Source: Thermoanaerobaculia bacterium
Lineage (GTDB): Bacteria; Acidobacteriota; Thermoanaerobaculia; UBA5066; Gp7-AA6
Direction: 5' to 3'
Length of the DNA stretch: 64,000 nt
Assembly: GCA_035506175.1 (NCBI GenBank)
Contig: DATJPZ010000023.1
Location: forward strand, 31,687-95,686
Shown here one piece after another: positions 43,371-52,406 of this stretch. The notes beneath the pieces are model-generated. The model did no database searches, was not told the DNA's origin, and saw only the letters and a program-made list of their open reading frames with translations. Made by a program: the position numbers and the translations under genes. The stretch's first letter is position 1. Each line of letters starts with the position of its first letter.

Positions 43371-45311
43371 TCACTGACTCCCGAGCAGAAACTGCGTCAT
43401 GAAGAGAACGGTCGCGTAGAACTGGTAGTCGCGGTTCGACTTCTTGGCGAACCCGTGCCCTTCGTCCTTCGCCATCAGGTACCAGACGGGCGTGCCGACC
43501 TTGCGAATGCGCGCCACCATCTGCTCCGACTCGCTCCGAGGTACCCGCGGGTCGTTGTAGCCCTGGATCACGAACAGCGGCTTCTGGATCTTCTCGGCGT
43601 TGGTCATGGGCGCCGTCTTCTCGAGAAAGGCCCGCATCTTCGGGTCGCGCTCGTCGCCGTACTCGACGCGGCGCAGGTCGCGGCGGTAGCCCGACGTGTT
43701 CTCGAGGAAGGTGACGAGGTTCGACGGGCCGACGACGTCGACCGCGCCGCGAATCCGAGGGCTGTAGAGGTAGGCGACGGCGAGCGTCATGTGGCCGCCG
43801 TAGCTGCCCCCGCCGACCATCACGCGATCCGCGTCGAGGTCCGGGCGGGTGCCGATCCAGTCGAGGAGCGATCCGATGTCCTGGTACGCGCCCTCGCGCC
43901 GGAAGCCGTTGTCCGCCAGCAGGAACGACTTCCCGTAGCCGGAAGACCCGCGAACGTTCGGCAGCAGGATGGCCACGCCGAGCTCGTTAATCGCGTAGTT
44001 CCAGGCGCCGAGAAAGCGCGGCCGCGCCTGTCCTTCGGGGCCGCCGTGAATCTCGATCGACACCGGACGCTTGCCCGGGAACTTCGAGGCGTCCGGCCGG
44101 TACAGAAACCCCGTGATCTCGCGGCCGTCGAAGCTCTTCCAGGACACGAGCTCGGGCTCGGCGAAGGTATCCGGGTTCAGGCCGCCGAGCTCGCTGGTCG
44201 TCCAGCGCTCGACCTGACCGGTCTTCGGGTCGAAGGAATACGCGTCGGCGCTGGAACGGGCCGTCTCCATCGTGAAGCCGATCGCACCGCCGTCGCGGTG
44301 CCAGCGGATTCCCGAAACGACCGCGAGCGGCAGCTTCGGCCCGGGGAGCTCGCGCCGCGCCGCCACGTCCATCAGGTGGATCGCGGAATGCCCCATCTCG
44401 TTGGTCACGTAGGCGAGGGTCCTGCCGTCGGGCGAAAGATCCACGTCCTCCACGTCGGCGGAATCCGGCGTCAGGAACTCGAGCTTCCGCGACGCGAGGT
44501 CCATCCGCGCCAGGCGCTGAAACTCGGAGCCCTGGTCGGCGGTGACGAAGAGACTCTTCCCGTCCCGGGCGAATGAGGCGTTCTGGTACGAAATCCTGTC
44601 CTTGCCGCGCGGCGTCAGCGGGGTTTTCGCGCCGGTGGCGACGTCCACGAGCCACAGGTAGCTCTCGTTGATCGAGATTCCCTCGACGAGGAGCAGCGTC
44701 TTGTCGTCGGGAGACCAGTCGGCGACTTCCCAGCCTCCGCCCGGGAGATCGACGACCCGCCGATCGGTCTTCGGGTCGCGCGGGTTCTGGACGTAGACGT
44801 CCACGTCGTCGCCGGTCCGGCGCGTCGACCCGTACGCGATGAGGTCGCCGCCGTTGGACCAGCGCGCCCCGGTGTTGCGCGACCGCCCGTCCGTCAAAAG
44901 CGTCACCGTGCCGTCCCCGAAATCGTAGCGGTAGAGCTGGAAGAACTCGTTGCCGCCGACGTCCTTCGAGAAGATGAAAGAGTCTCCGGTCTTCGGGTCG
45001 AACTTCGCGCCGCTGACGCGGTCCGGGGAGAAGGTCATCTGCGTGCGGGCGCCTCCCGGCGACTTCACGAGGTGCGCCTGCGTGACGTTGGCGAAGCGCG
45101 TGCCGATCAACATCTCGCGGCGCGTCGGATGCCAGCTCGAGAAGCCGGCGGCCCGGAAGTCGGTGTATCGGCCGACCCGCTCGGCCAGCGCGGCCGGAAT
45201 CGGAGGAACGCCCTCGATGACGAGGCTCTCGGGCGGTTTCACGTCGCCGGTCTGGGCGAACACGGCGAGCGCGAACCCGTAGGCGCAAGCCGCCAGGATC
45301 CTGGTCTTCAC
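43371..45311 (-). CDS. Secreted S9-family serine peptidase (prolyl oligopeptidase / DPP-like) with an N-terminal PD40-type propeller
   Basis: AAGGAGG lies 6 nt before GTG 45311, giving VKTRILAACAYGFALAVFAQ. Propeller blades carry WSPDD and LSPDG. The catalytic region has GGSYGGHMT (GxSxGG), IQGYNDPRV and DEGHGF. Confidence 0.85.
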   Translation of the reverse strand: MKTRILAACAYGFALAVFAQTGDVKPPESLVIEGVPPIPAALAERVGRYTDFRAAGFSSWHPTRREMLIGTRFANVTQAHLVKSPGGARTQMTFSPDRVSGAKFDPKTGDSFIFSKDVGGNEFFQLYRYDFGDGTVTLLTDGRSRNTGARWSNGGDLIAYGSTRRTGDDVDVYVQNPRDPKTDRRVVDLPGGGWEVADWSPDDKTLLLVEGISINESYLWLVDVATGAKTPLTPRGKDRISYQNASFARDGKSLFVTADQGSEFQRLARMDLASRKLEFLTPDSADVEDVDLSPDGRTLAYVTNEMGHSAIHLMDVAARRELPGPKLPLAVVSGIRWHRDGGAIGFTMETARSSADAYSFDPKTGQVERWTTSELGGLNPDTFAEPELVSWKSFDGREITGFLYRPDASKFPGKRPVSIEIHGGPEGQARPRFLGAWNYAINELGVAILLPNVRGSSGYGKSFLLADNGFRREGAYQDIGSLLDWIGTRPDLDADRVMVGGGSYGGHMTLAVAYLYSPRIRGAVDVVGPSNLVTFLENTSGYRRDLRRVEYGDERDPKMRAFLEKTAPMTNAEKIQKPLFVIQGYNDPRVPRSESEQMVARIRKVGTPVWYLMAKDEGHGFAKKSNRDYQFYATVLFMTQFLLGSQ

Positions 45312-45457
45312 GCACGACCTCCTTGGCAGGGACAAACGTCTACGTCTCGGCTGCGCAGCGGCCCGTCGATGGTTTCACGAGGCCGGCCGATTCTTCGGGA
45401 GAGAACCGTCGAGCCCCGTTCCCTCTCTCCGGTAGGCCGCGCGGCGGCCCGCTCAAG

Positions 45458-46546
45458 TCAGGGACTCCAGTCGCCGATCGGATAGAGCGTCGGACCGACG
45501 GGTTCGCAGTCGGCCAGGTCGCCGCCGACGTGGAGCCACCCGGTTCGGTACCAGAGGACCACGTCGCCGTTGAGGCTCTCGTTGTTGAGCCAGGGCGCGA
45601 AGTTGACCGGGCAGTTGCCGAGCCCGTGGCCGTCGTCGAGCTCGTTGGCGTGGTACGCGAGAGCCCAGAGATCTCCCTCGGAAAAGCTGTCCGCCGGAAG
45701 GGCCGTCTCGGCGCCCGGCACGAGCCGATAGCCCCGCTTCGTCGAGGAATTCGCGACCGTCCACGAAATCCCCGGGTACGTGACGTTGCGCTCGGTCTCG
45801 TTCGTGAGGGTGACGATGCGGGGCTTCGGCCCGGGGCGCCCTCCCTGAGCGGGATCGGGCCCTTCGGTCACGAGATTCTGGCCGGCCGTGTCGACGTCGA
45901 AGTCGAGGCGCCAGTACGCGTGGTGCTTGTGCGTGCAGCTGATGCAGCTCGCACTGACCGCGGAGAACCCGAAGATCGGCTGGATCCGGCCGTCGAGATA
46001 GAACTTCCAGCGCATCGTGTAGCGGTACCAGCCGGCCTCGAACTCGGTCGTCAACACCAGCGGGTCCGCGTAGGACTCGATCGACACGCCGTTGAAGCAG
46101 TTGGGCTCGCCCGTCGAGCACAGGTCTGAGCCGCCGCCCGCGTCGCAGACGGTGATCGCCGGCTGATCCGGTGCGGCGTAGAGGTTCTGTGTCACGATGT
46201 TGTCGGCCAGAAAGTAGCTCTGCTGGTACTCCCAATCGCGGTAGCAGTTGCAGCCGCAGCTCGTCTGGAGATACTCGACGTTGAGCATCGGGATGTGGGC
46301 GCGCTTGAGGACCAGGTGACCGTTGTAGTACACGTCGCGGATCTCGAGGCCCGACCCGTTGGTGCCGCTGCTCTCGCACGGACGAAGCCAGGACAACTGC
46401 CACACCGGATTGTCCGGCGGCCAGCTCAGGGTCTGCGGCCCGTAGCAGACGTTTCCCGGGCACTGCGTGCAGCTCGCCTGCTGCGCCGCTTCGGCCCGCG
46501 TGGCCCCGAGCACCAGAAGCGCGGCGAGCAGAACGGCCCGCCTCAT
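45458..46546 (-). CDS. Secreted Cys-rich protein resembling the catalytic (C-terminal) domain of copper amine oxidases
   Basis: The signal peptide is MRRAVLLAALLVLGATRAEA. CTHKHHAYWRLDFDVDTAGQN fits the CuAO HxH...RLD.D.DG..N block. AGWYRYTMRWKFYLDGRIQ aligns to the TPQ region ..NY[DE]Y....F..DG.I. DVVLWYRTGWLHVGGD aligns to the D.V.W...G..H third-His block. An ATGA overlap with the upstream gene lies at 46543-46546. Confidence 0.55.
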   Translation of the reverse strand: MRRAVLLAALLVLGATRAEAAQQASCTQCPGNVCYGPQTLSWPPDNPVWQLSWLRPCESSGTNGSGLEIRDVYYNGHLVLKRAHIPMLNVEYLQTSCGCNCYRDWEYQQSYFLADNIVTQNLYAAPDQPAITVCDAGGGSDLCSTGEPNCFNGVSIESYADPLVLTTEFEAGWYRYTMRWKFYLDGRIQPIFGFSAVSASCISCTHKHHAYWRLDFDVDTAGQNLVTEGPDPAQGGRPGPKPRIVTLTNETERNVTYPGISWTVANSSTKRGYRLVPGAETALPADSFSEGDLWALAYHANELDDGHGLGNCPVNFAPWLNNESLNGDVVLWYRTGWLHVGGDLADCEPVGPTLYPIGDWSP

Positions 46547-47112
46547 CGCGCCGCCCCGGAGGAGCCGCCGGGCGCGAAGTCGTCGTAGGCGACCTTTTCC
46601 TTGACCAGGTCGACGACGACCTGCCGGATGGTGCCCGCCCGGTCGGAGGAAAGCAGGAACACGCGCAGGCACCGGCTACCCGGCCCGCACGGCATGCCCG
46701 TCGGTTCGGTCAGGATGAAGCCTCCTTCGAACACGACGCGGAAACGCTTGAAGAGGCGTGCGAACTCCGGGTCGTCCCGGACGACCTGAAACGCCTCGTC
46801 GATCTCGACCCGCGAGGGCGCCGGCTGGCCGGCGCCGAGAGTGCTCCGCCCGAGGGACGCGCCGTCGGCGGAGGAAATGATTTCGTAGGCCACGCCCTTG
46901 TTGTAGTCGAAGACGACCTGGACGCGCTGCGGCCGTTCGCCGGCCGGCGTCTTCACGGTCTCTTCCCATTCACGCAGGAGGCGGAGCGGCCGCGAGGTCG
47001 CCGTCACCTCGCTCGAACCGGCGGCCAAGCTCTGGCCGAACGCGGGCAGCGCCGCCGCCGAAAGGGCCAGCGCCCCGAGCAGCGGACCGATCCGGCGAAA
47101 CGGCTCGTTCAT
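46543..47112 (-). CDS. Secreted protein resembling a copper amine oxidase N2/N3-type domain
   Basis: ATG 47112 gives the signal MNEPFRRIGPLLGALALSAAALPAFGQ. EIDEAFQVVRDDPEFARLFKRF...RCLRVFLLSSDRAGTIRQVVVDLVKEKV follows the N3-domain pattern (E..a..iv..dp.f...l..r......R.......VDL....V). Confidence 0.4.
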   Translation of the reverse strand: MNEPFRRIGPLLGALALSAAALPAFGQSLAAGSSEVTATSRPLRLLREWEETVKTPAGERPQRVQVVFDYNKGVAYEIISSADGASLGRSTLGAGQPAPSRVEIDEAFQVVRDDPEFARLFKRFRVVFEGGFILTEPTGMPCGPGSRCLRVFLLSSDRAGTIRQVVVDLVKEKVAYDDFAPGGSSGAAR

Positions 47113-47158
47113 GGCTTCAGGGTTGGCCCATCCTAGCAAAGTCCCGAAGCCGCGGCCC

Positions 47159-48814
47159 TCAAGAGGTCTTCGCGGGCGCCGGCGTCGGCTTCGCCGGGGC
47201 ACCCGAGACCGCCGTCGGCTTCTCGTCCTTCGGCGGCTCCTTCGGCAGAGGCTTGCGCGGCAGCATGGCGTCGCGCGTGGCCGCGTCCCACGTGAAGCAC
47301 GCCATGACGACGGCCGCCTGCTGGAGGTCGGCCTTCACGAGGCGCTCGTAGAGATCCATGTTCGTGTGGTGCGTCCGCGTCTCGTACTCGATCTCGTCCT
47401 GGATGAACTGGAATCCCGGAAGGCCGACCTGATCGAACGACTCGTGGTCGGTGCCGCCGGTCGTGTTCATCGTGACGGCCGTCGCGCCGAGGTCGTGCAG
47501 GGGCTTGAGCCACGCCTCGAAGATCGGCACGACGGCGGCGTTCTCCTCGGCGTAGATGCCGCGGATCTTGCCCGTGCCGTTGTCGAGGTTGAAGTACGCG
47601 GCGAGCTTCGCGTGCTCGGGCTTGACCGTCAGCGGCCACTTCTCCTTGCGCCGGTACCAGGGGACGTCCTCTTCTTCCTTCGTCGGCTTCGGGCGCGACG
47701 CGAAGTGCTGATCGACGTAGGCGCGCGACCCGAAGAGTCCCTGCTCCTCCCCGGTCCAGAGGCCGATGCGGATCGTCCGCCGCGGGTGCGCGTCGAGAGC
47801 CTTCAGGATCCGCATGACCTCCATCGCGACGACCGAGCCCGCGCCGTTGTCGGTCGCCCCGGTGCCGCCCTGCCAGGAGTCGAGGTGCGCGCCGACCATG
47901 ACGACCTCGTCCTTCTTGTCGGTCCCCGGGATCTCGGCAATGGTGTTCCACTGCATCTGGTCTTCGTCGATGAACTGCACGCGGACGTCGAGCTCCAGCT
48001 GGACCTCGACCTTGCGGTCGACCAGGCGCGCGATCCGCCCGAAGTGCTCCGACTCCATCTCGAGCGACGGGATCGCCGTCTTCGGCTTCGACATCCGCCA
48101 CTCGCCGCCGCCCTGGACGCCGAACGTGCCGAAGTCGCCGCGGCCGAGGTCGATGATCGCGAGCGGTTTCTCCTCCTCGAAGAACGCGTCGGCCGCCTTG
48201 CGCAGCTCGAAGCGCTTGATGTACTCCTCGCGGTTGTAGCGCGGCGCCCGGCCGGCAGGCTGGTCGTACTGGACGACCTCGGCCAGCGACTTCTCGTCGT
48301 AGCGCGTCAGATCGGGCGTGTCGTGCGGCTTGACCTCGCGGACGTCGCCCCACAGCACGATCTTGCCGGCGACGGTTCCCTTGTACTTGTCGAGATCTTC
48401 TTTGGTCTTCGGATTCACGTGCACGACCGCGGCGTGCACCAGGCCGTTGGTCCCCGGCGTCCACGCCTGGGGCAACGCGAGCAGCTCCGCCTTGTCGGGC
48501 GCCGTCATGCGTACCGCGCAGGCTTCGTAGCGCCACCCGCGGCCGAACGGTCCCCACGACTCGAGATGGGCGTTGGCCAGACCCCACTCCGCGAGCTTCG
48601 ACTTCGTCCACTCGTTGGCTTCCTTCACCTGGGGCGAGCCGGTCAGGCGCGGACCGATCCGGTCCATCAGCTCCGAGGCCGTCTCCATGACCTTCGAGTG
48701 CCGGAATCCCTCCTCGCGGATCTTCGTGACCATGTCGAGGTCCACCCGCTCCTCCGCGGGCGCGGTCGCGACGAGCAGCCCGGTCAGACAGGCCGAGGCA
48801 ATCAGACGCTTCAG
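47159..48814 (-). CDS. Secreted M28-family aminopeptidase; the start is assigned to CTG 48814 (see findings)
   Basis: M28 motifs are VGAHLDSWQGGTGATDNGAGSVVAMEVMR, LWTGEEQGLFGSRAY and GGTDHESF. Manual translation upstream of the track start gives LKRLIASACLTGLLVATAPAEE (a signal peptide) in frame. AAGGAGG lies 6 nt before the CTG. Confidence 0.85.
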   Translation of the reverse strand: MKRLIASACLTGLLVATAPAEERVDLDMVTKIREEGFRHSKVMETASELMDRIGPRLTGSPQVKEANEWTKSKLAEWGLANAHLESWGPFGRGWRYEACAVRMTAPDKAELLALPQAWTPGTNGLVHAAVVHVNPKTKEDLDKYKGTVAGKIVLWGDVREVKPHDTPDLTRYDEKSLAEVVQYDQPAGRAPRYNREEYIKRFELRKAADAFFEEEKPLAIIDLGRGDFGTFGVQGGGEWRMSKPKTAIPSLEMESEHFGRIARLVDRKVEVQLELDVRVQFIDEDQMQWNTIAEIPGTDKKDEVVMVGAHLDSWQGGTGATDNGAGSVVAMEVMRILKALDAHPRRTIRIGLWTGEEQGLFGSRAYVDQHFASRPKPTKEEEDVPWYRRKEKWPLTVKPEHAKLAAYFNLDNGTGKIRGIYAEENAAVVPIFEAWLKPLHDLGATAVTMNTTGGTDHESFDQVGLPGFQFIQDEIEYETRTHHTNMDLYERLVKADLQQAAVVMACFTWDAATRDAMLPRKPLPKEPPKDEKPTAVSGAPAKPTPAPAKTS

Positions 48815-48892
48815 GGGACACCTCCTTGTGGGAACCGCGGCACGGTACCACCGGCCGTTTTACACGGTCAAACGGTCCGGGAACCGGGATGA

Positions 48893-51496
48893 TTACCGCA
48901 AGCCCTCCGCGACCAGTAGCTCCGACGAGTAGCGGTGGTGGGTGTAGAGGCAGATCCGGCCGTCGGCCGCGAAGAGCGTCGTTCCGATGCCTCCGCCGGC
49001 GGTCGGCGCCACCGGCGGGATCTCCTTCCAGAGGACGCGCTCTCCGCTCCACGGGTCCAGGCGGTAGAACCGCGCCACGACGACCCCTTTCCGAGGATCG
49101 ACTTCGTCGGCCCCGCGGACGTAGAGCCCTTTCCCGTCCGACGTCCATTGAATCGGCTCCTCGCCCCGCTGGAGGCCTCGAAGCGCCGCGAGCTCCCCGG
49201 CCGCGGTCGGGTAGAGCTGCCACCCCCGGCGCTCGTCCTCGGCGGCGATCCAACGCGCATCCGCCGACAACAACGGCCCGCGGGTCCCCTCGGGCACGAC
49301 GCGCCGGCGCTCGCCGCCGTCGAGGCCCTGCGCCCAGACCGACGGGCGGCGGCCCGCTTCGGCGCCGGCGAAGTAGATCGTCCGCCCGTCCGGCGAGAAC
49401 CCCAGCGGCCCCGGCGCCTCCAGCCCTTTCGTCGGCACGGCGACGGGCTGACCGGCCCCGGTCGGCACGAGGACGAGCCCGCTGTGCGCCGCGTCGAGCA
49501 CGACGAGACCGTTCGGCGAGCTCTGCCCGAGCACCCACTTCCCGTCGCGTGAAAGGACCGCGCCCGCGTACCCGCCGAGAGCGCCCAGGCGCTTGGCGGG
49601 CGAGCCTCCGGTCGTTCCGACGTAAGCCGACACCTCGTCGGCGACGCTGCCTTGAAAGGTGAGGACGTCCCCCGCGGGAGAGACATCCTCGAGGGTGCCG
49701 TCGAACAGGAGCCGGTCCGGCGCGCCGGGGGCGCTCAGGAAGATCTCGTCGCGCGCGGTGAGCAGACCGAGCAGGACGCGCCCGCTCGCCGAGACGTCGT
49801 AGAGCGTGTAGTTGCCGGGAAGAGCGGCGACCAGGCGATCCTCGCCGGCTACGGAAATCGCGCGAAGCTGGACAGTCCCTTCCGCGACCGGCAGGTAGAA
49901 GATCTCGCCGGTCGGCGCCCAGGCGTGTTCCCACCCCGAAACGCCGAGCGGCGTGACGCGTTGCTCGCGGTCCACGACGAACAGGTCCGTTCCCGCGTTC
50001 GTGTAGGCCACGCGGTCGCCCCGGGGAGAGACGCGCGGAAAGTTGATCCAGCGCGGGTGCTCCACGAGCTTCGTTCCCAGCGGGTACTCCAGACGGTAGC
50101 CGCCGTCGACGAAACGGACCGCGGCGAGCTCCTTCCCGTCGGGCGCCCAGTCGGCGTCGCTGACGTTCTCGAGAATCTCCCGGGGCGTCCCGCCGATGAG
50201 GGGCACCTCGGCGAGCGTTCCCAGGAGGAACTCGGCCGAGCGCTCGGCGAGGCCGTTTTCCGGCGACCGCAGCGTCGAGGCCCAGGGCGGCAGCAGCAGG
50301 ATCGCCATGAAGCCGTTGCGCGAGATCGAGAGGAGCTGGGCGGAGGGAAGATTCATGGACCGGCTTTCGGGATGATCGAGACGGACCTCGAAGAGCTCCG
50401 GTCGCCTGCCGTCCCATTGAGCCGAGTAAACGACCGACTCCTCGTTCGGCGTGAATCGCGCCGTCGTGATCCCCGCTCCCCGGGACGTCAGCGTGCGAAA
50501 CCGCGGCGGCGGCGGTGATCCCGAGCGCCCCACGCGCAGGCCGGCGAACAGGACGACGGCCAGGGCGGCGGCCGCTCCGAGCGCCAGGACGCCCGGAGAC
50601 CGCCACCGCGCCACGCCGGCGCCGCCGACAACGGACGCCTCGCCGAGATGGCGCGAGAGCGCCGAGAGATCGCGCGCGAGGTCGCGTGTCGACGCGTAGC
50701 GGTCGCCGGGGTCCTTCGCGAGACAGCGCTCGAGAATCCAGGAAAGCGGCGCGGGCGCCGCCGGATTGACCGTGGAGGCCGGCGCCGGCTCGGCGTGAAG
50801 GATCGCCGAGAGGGTGTCGACGTTCGTTTCGCCGGAGAAGGCGGCCTGGCCCGTCGCCATCTCGTAGAGCACGCTGCCGAAGGAGAACTGGTCCGACCGC
50901 GCGTCCGTCGGCTTGCCGGCGGCCTGCTCGGGCGACATGTAGCGGACGGTGCCTACCACGGACCCGGGTTCGGTATCGACGGTCGCAGTCGCGTCGCCCG
51001 GCGAAGCCCCGGCGGCATAGGCGCGCTTGGCGAGCCCGAAGTCGAGAATCTTGACGACGCCGTCGCGCGTGACCATGACGTTCTCGGGCTTGACGTCCCG
51101 GTGCACGATCCCGGCCTCGTGGGCCTGGGCGAGGCCGTCGGCCACGCGGCCGGCGATCTCGAGGGTCCGCTTCAGAGACAGCGGGCCCGATCGCAGCAGC
51201 TGCCGAAGCGTTCGGCCCTCGACGAGCTCCATCGCGATGTACGACACCGAGCCGGCCGTGCCCACGTCGAAGATCGTCACGATGTTCGGATGGTTCAGGG
51301 CCGAGGCCGCGCGGGCCTCGTGGTCGAAGCGGCGCAGCCGTCCCGGGTCCGCGGCGAAGCCCTCGGGCAGCAGCTTCAGCGCGACGTCGCGCCCGAGCCG
51401 CGTATCGCGCGCGCGATACACCTCGCCCATCCCGCCGGACCCGATGGGGGAAAGCACCTCGTAGGGCCCGAGCCTCGTTCCAGCCGCGAGCGTCAT
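48893..51496 (-). CDS. Transmembrane Hanks-type Ser/Thr kinase with a periplasmic TolB/PD40-like propeller (cassette 1)
   Basis: An ATGA overlap with the upstream FHA gene lies at 51493-51496. Kinase motifs are GSGGMGEVYRARD, HRDVKPENV and DFGLAK. The TM helix is GVLALGAAAALAVVLFAGL. Blades carry WAPDG, SPRGD and FSPDG. Confidence 0.9.
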   Translation of the reverse strand: MTLAAGTRLGPYEVLSPIGSGGMGEVYRARDTRLGRDVALKLLPEGFAADPGRLRRFDHEARAASALNHPNIVTIFDVGTAGSVSYIAMELVEGRTLRQLLRSGPLSLKRTLEIAGRVADGLAQAHEAGIVHRDVKPENVMVTRDGVVKILDFGLAKRAYAAGASPGDATATVDTEPGSVVGTVRYMSPEQAAGKPTDARSDQFSFGSVLYEMATGQAAFSGETNVDTLSAILHAEPAPASTVNPAAPAPLSWILERCLAKDPGDRYASTRDLARDLSALSRHLGEASVVGGAGVARWRSPGVLALGAAAALAVVLFAGLRVGRSGSPPPPRFRTLTSRGAGITTARFTPNEESVVYSAQWDGRRPELFEVRLDHPESRSMNLPSAQLLSISRNGFMAILLLPPWASTLRSPENGLAERSAEFLLGTLAEVPLIGGTPREILENVSDADWAPDGKELAAVRFVDGGYRLEYPLGTKLVEHPRWINFPRVSPRGDRVAYTNAGTDLFVVDREQRVTPLGVSGWEHAWAPTGEIFYLPVAEGTVQLRAISVAGEDRLVAALPGNYTLYDVSASGRVLLGLLTARDEIFLSAPGAPDRLLFDGTLEDVSPAGDVLTFQGSVADEVSAYVGTTGGSPAKRLGALGGYAGAVLSRDGKWVLGQSSPNGLVVLDAAHSGLVLVPTGAGQPVAVPTKGLEAPGPLGFSPDGRTIYFAGAEAGRRPSVWAQGLDGGERRRVVPEGTRGPLLSADARWIAAEDERRGWQLYPTAAGELAALRGLQRGEEPIQWTSDGKGLYVRGADEVDPRKGVVVARFYRLDPWSGERVLWKEIPPVAPTAGGGIGTTLFAADGRICLYTHHRYSSELLVAEGLR

Positions 51497-52170
51497 GACC
51501 GTTCGCGGCGCGCCGGCCTCGAATCGCTGGAGTGATGTGTCGTCTTCGTCGACGAACCCGCGGCGAACCGCCGGAACGTCAGCGGCACCGTCCCGATTCG
51601 GATCGCGTCCCCGTCTTCGAGGGGTACCTCGGCCCGCAGCCTCTTGCCCCGGTGGAACGTGCCGTTCTTGCTGCCCAGGTCCTCGAGCGTCGCCCGTCCG
51701 TCACGGACCACGATCCGCGCATGCCGGCGCGACACGCTGTGGACGTCGATCCAGACGACCGAGTCCTCGCCGCGCCCGAGCACGTTCTCTCCTTGGCCGA
51801 GCGCGATCTCGCGATCGCCCCAGACGAGCCTGAAGACCGAGCGGCGGACCGAACGCGGCGCGGCAGCCGCGGCCTCCCCCGAAAACGCGTACCCGAAGCC
51901 GTGCACCGTCCGAATCCAGCGCGGCCGTCCCGCGTCGTCGCCGATCGCGTCGCGCAGCTCGGTCATCACCCGCGCGAGGTTCCCGTCGGCGACGAAGAGA
52001 CCGGGCCACAGGAGCTCCTGGAGCTCTTCCTTCTTCACCGCGTTCGGGCGGCGCTCGACGAGGACCTCGAGCAGGCGCAGGGCCTTCGGCGACAGGGCGA
52101 CGGACCGCCCCTTCCGAGACAGCTCCCGGGTGCCCGCGTCGAAGACGCAATCGCCGAAACGAACCACCAC
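51493..52170 (-). CDS. Winged-helix (OmpR/PhoB-type) DNA-binding domain fused to an FHA domain (cassette 1 regulator)
   Basis: The wHTH reads LSPKALRLLEVLVERRPNAVKKEELQELLWPGLFVADGNLARVMTELRDAIGDD...IRTVHGFGYAF. The FHA domain reads VLGRGEDSVVWIDVHSVSRRHARIVV...LEDLGSKNGTF...DGDAIRIG. Confidence 0.85.
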   Translation of the reverse strand: MVVRFGDCVFDAGTRELSRKGRSVALSPKALRLLEVLVERRPNAVKKEELQELLWPGLFVADGNLARVMTELRDAIGDDAGRPRWIRTVHGFGYAFSGEAAAAAPRSVRRSVFRLVWGDREIALGQGENVLGRGEDSVVWIDVHSVSRRHARIVVRDGRATLEDLGSKNGTFHRGKRLRAEVPLEDGDAIRIGTVPLTFRRFAAGSSTKTTHHSSDSRPARRERS

Positions 52171-52406
52171 GCCGTGCTCCGCGGAAAGAGCGAAGACGAA
52201 GCGAAGGTCAAGCGAAGGACTTCGTCGCCGCTAGCCGCCAATTATCCCTCCAACGCGGAACGAACCCGCGCGAAAGGAGTTCAGGCATGCACGCGACCGC
52301 GGCCCGGACAAGAGCCTCCCGTCAACGGCGCCTCGATGCCGGCTTCTCCCCCTGGCGGCCCCCCTCCCTCGGCACCACAGCTCGGCCACGCGGCGAGGAG
52401 AACTCC

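Noticed and set aside
47111-50606. ORFs 47133..50606 (-, 1157 aa) and 47111..48892 (+, 593 aa)
   Set aside because: They are shadow frames of the M28 aminopeptidase and the cassette 1 kinase.
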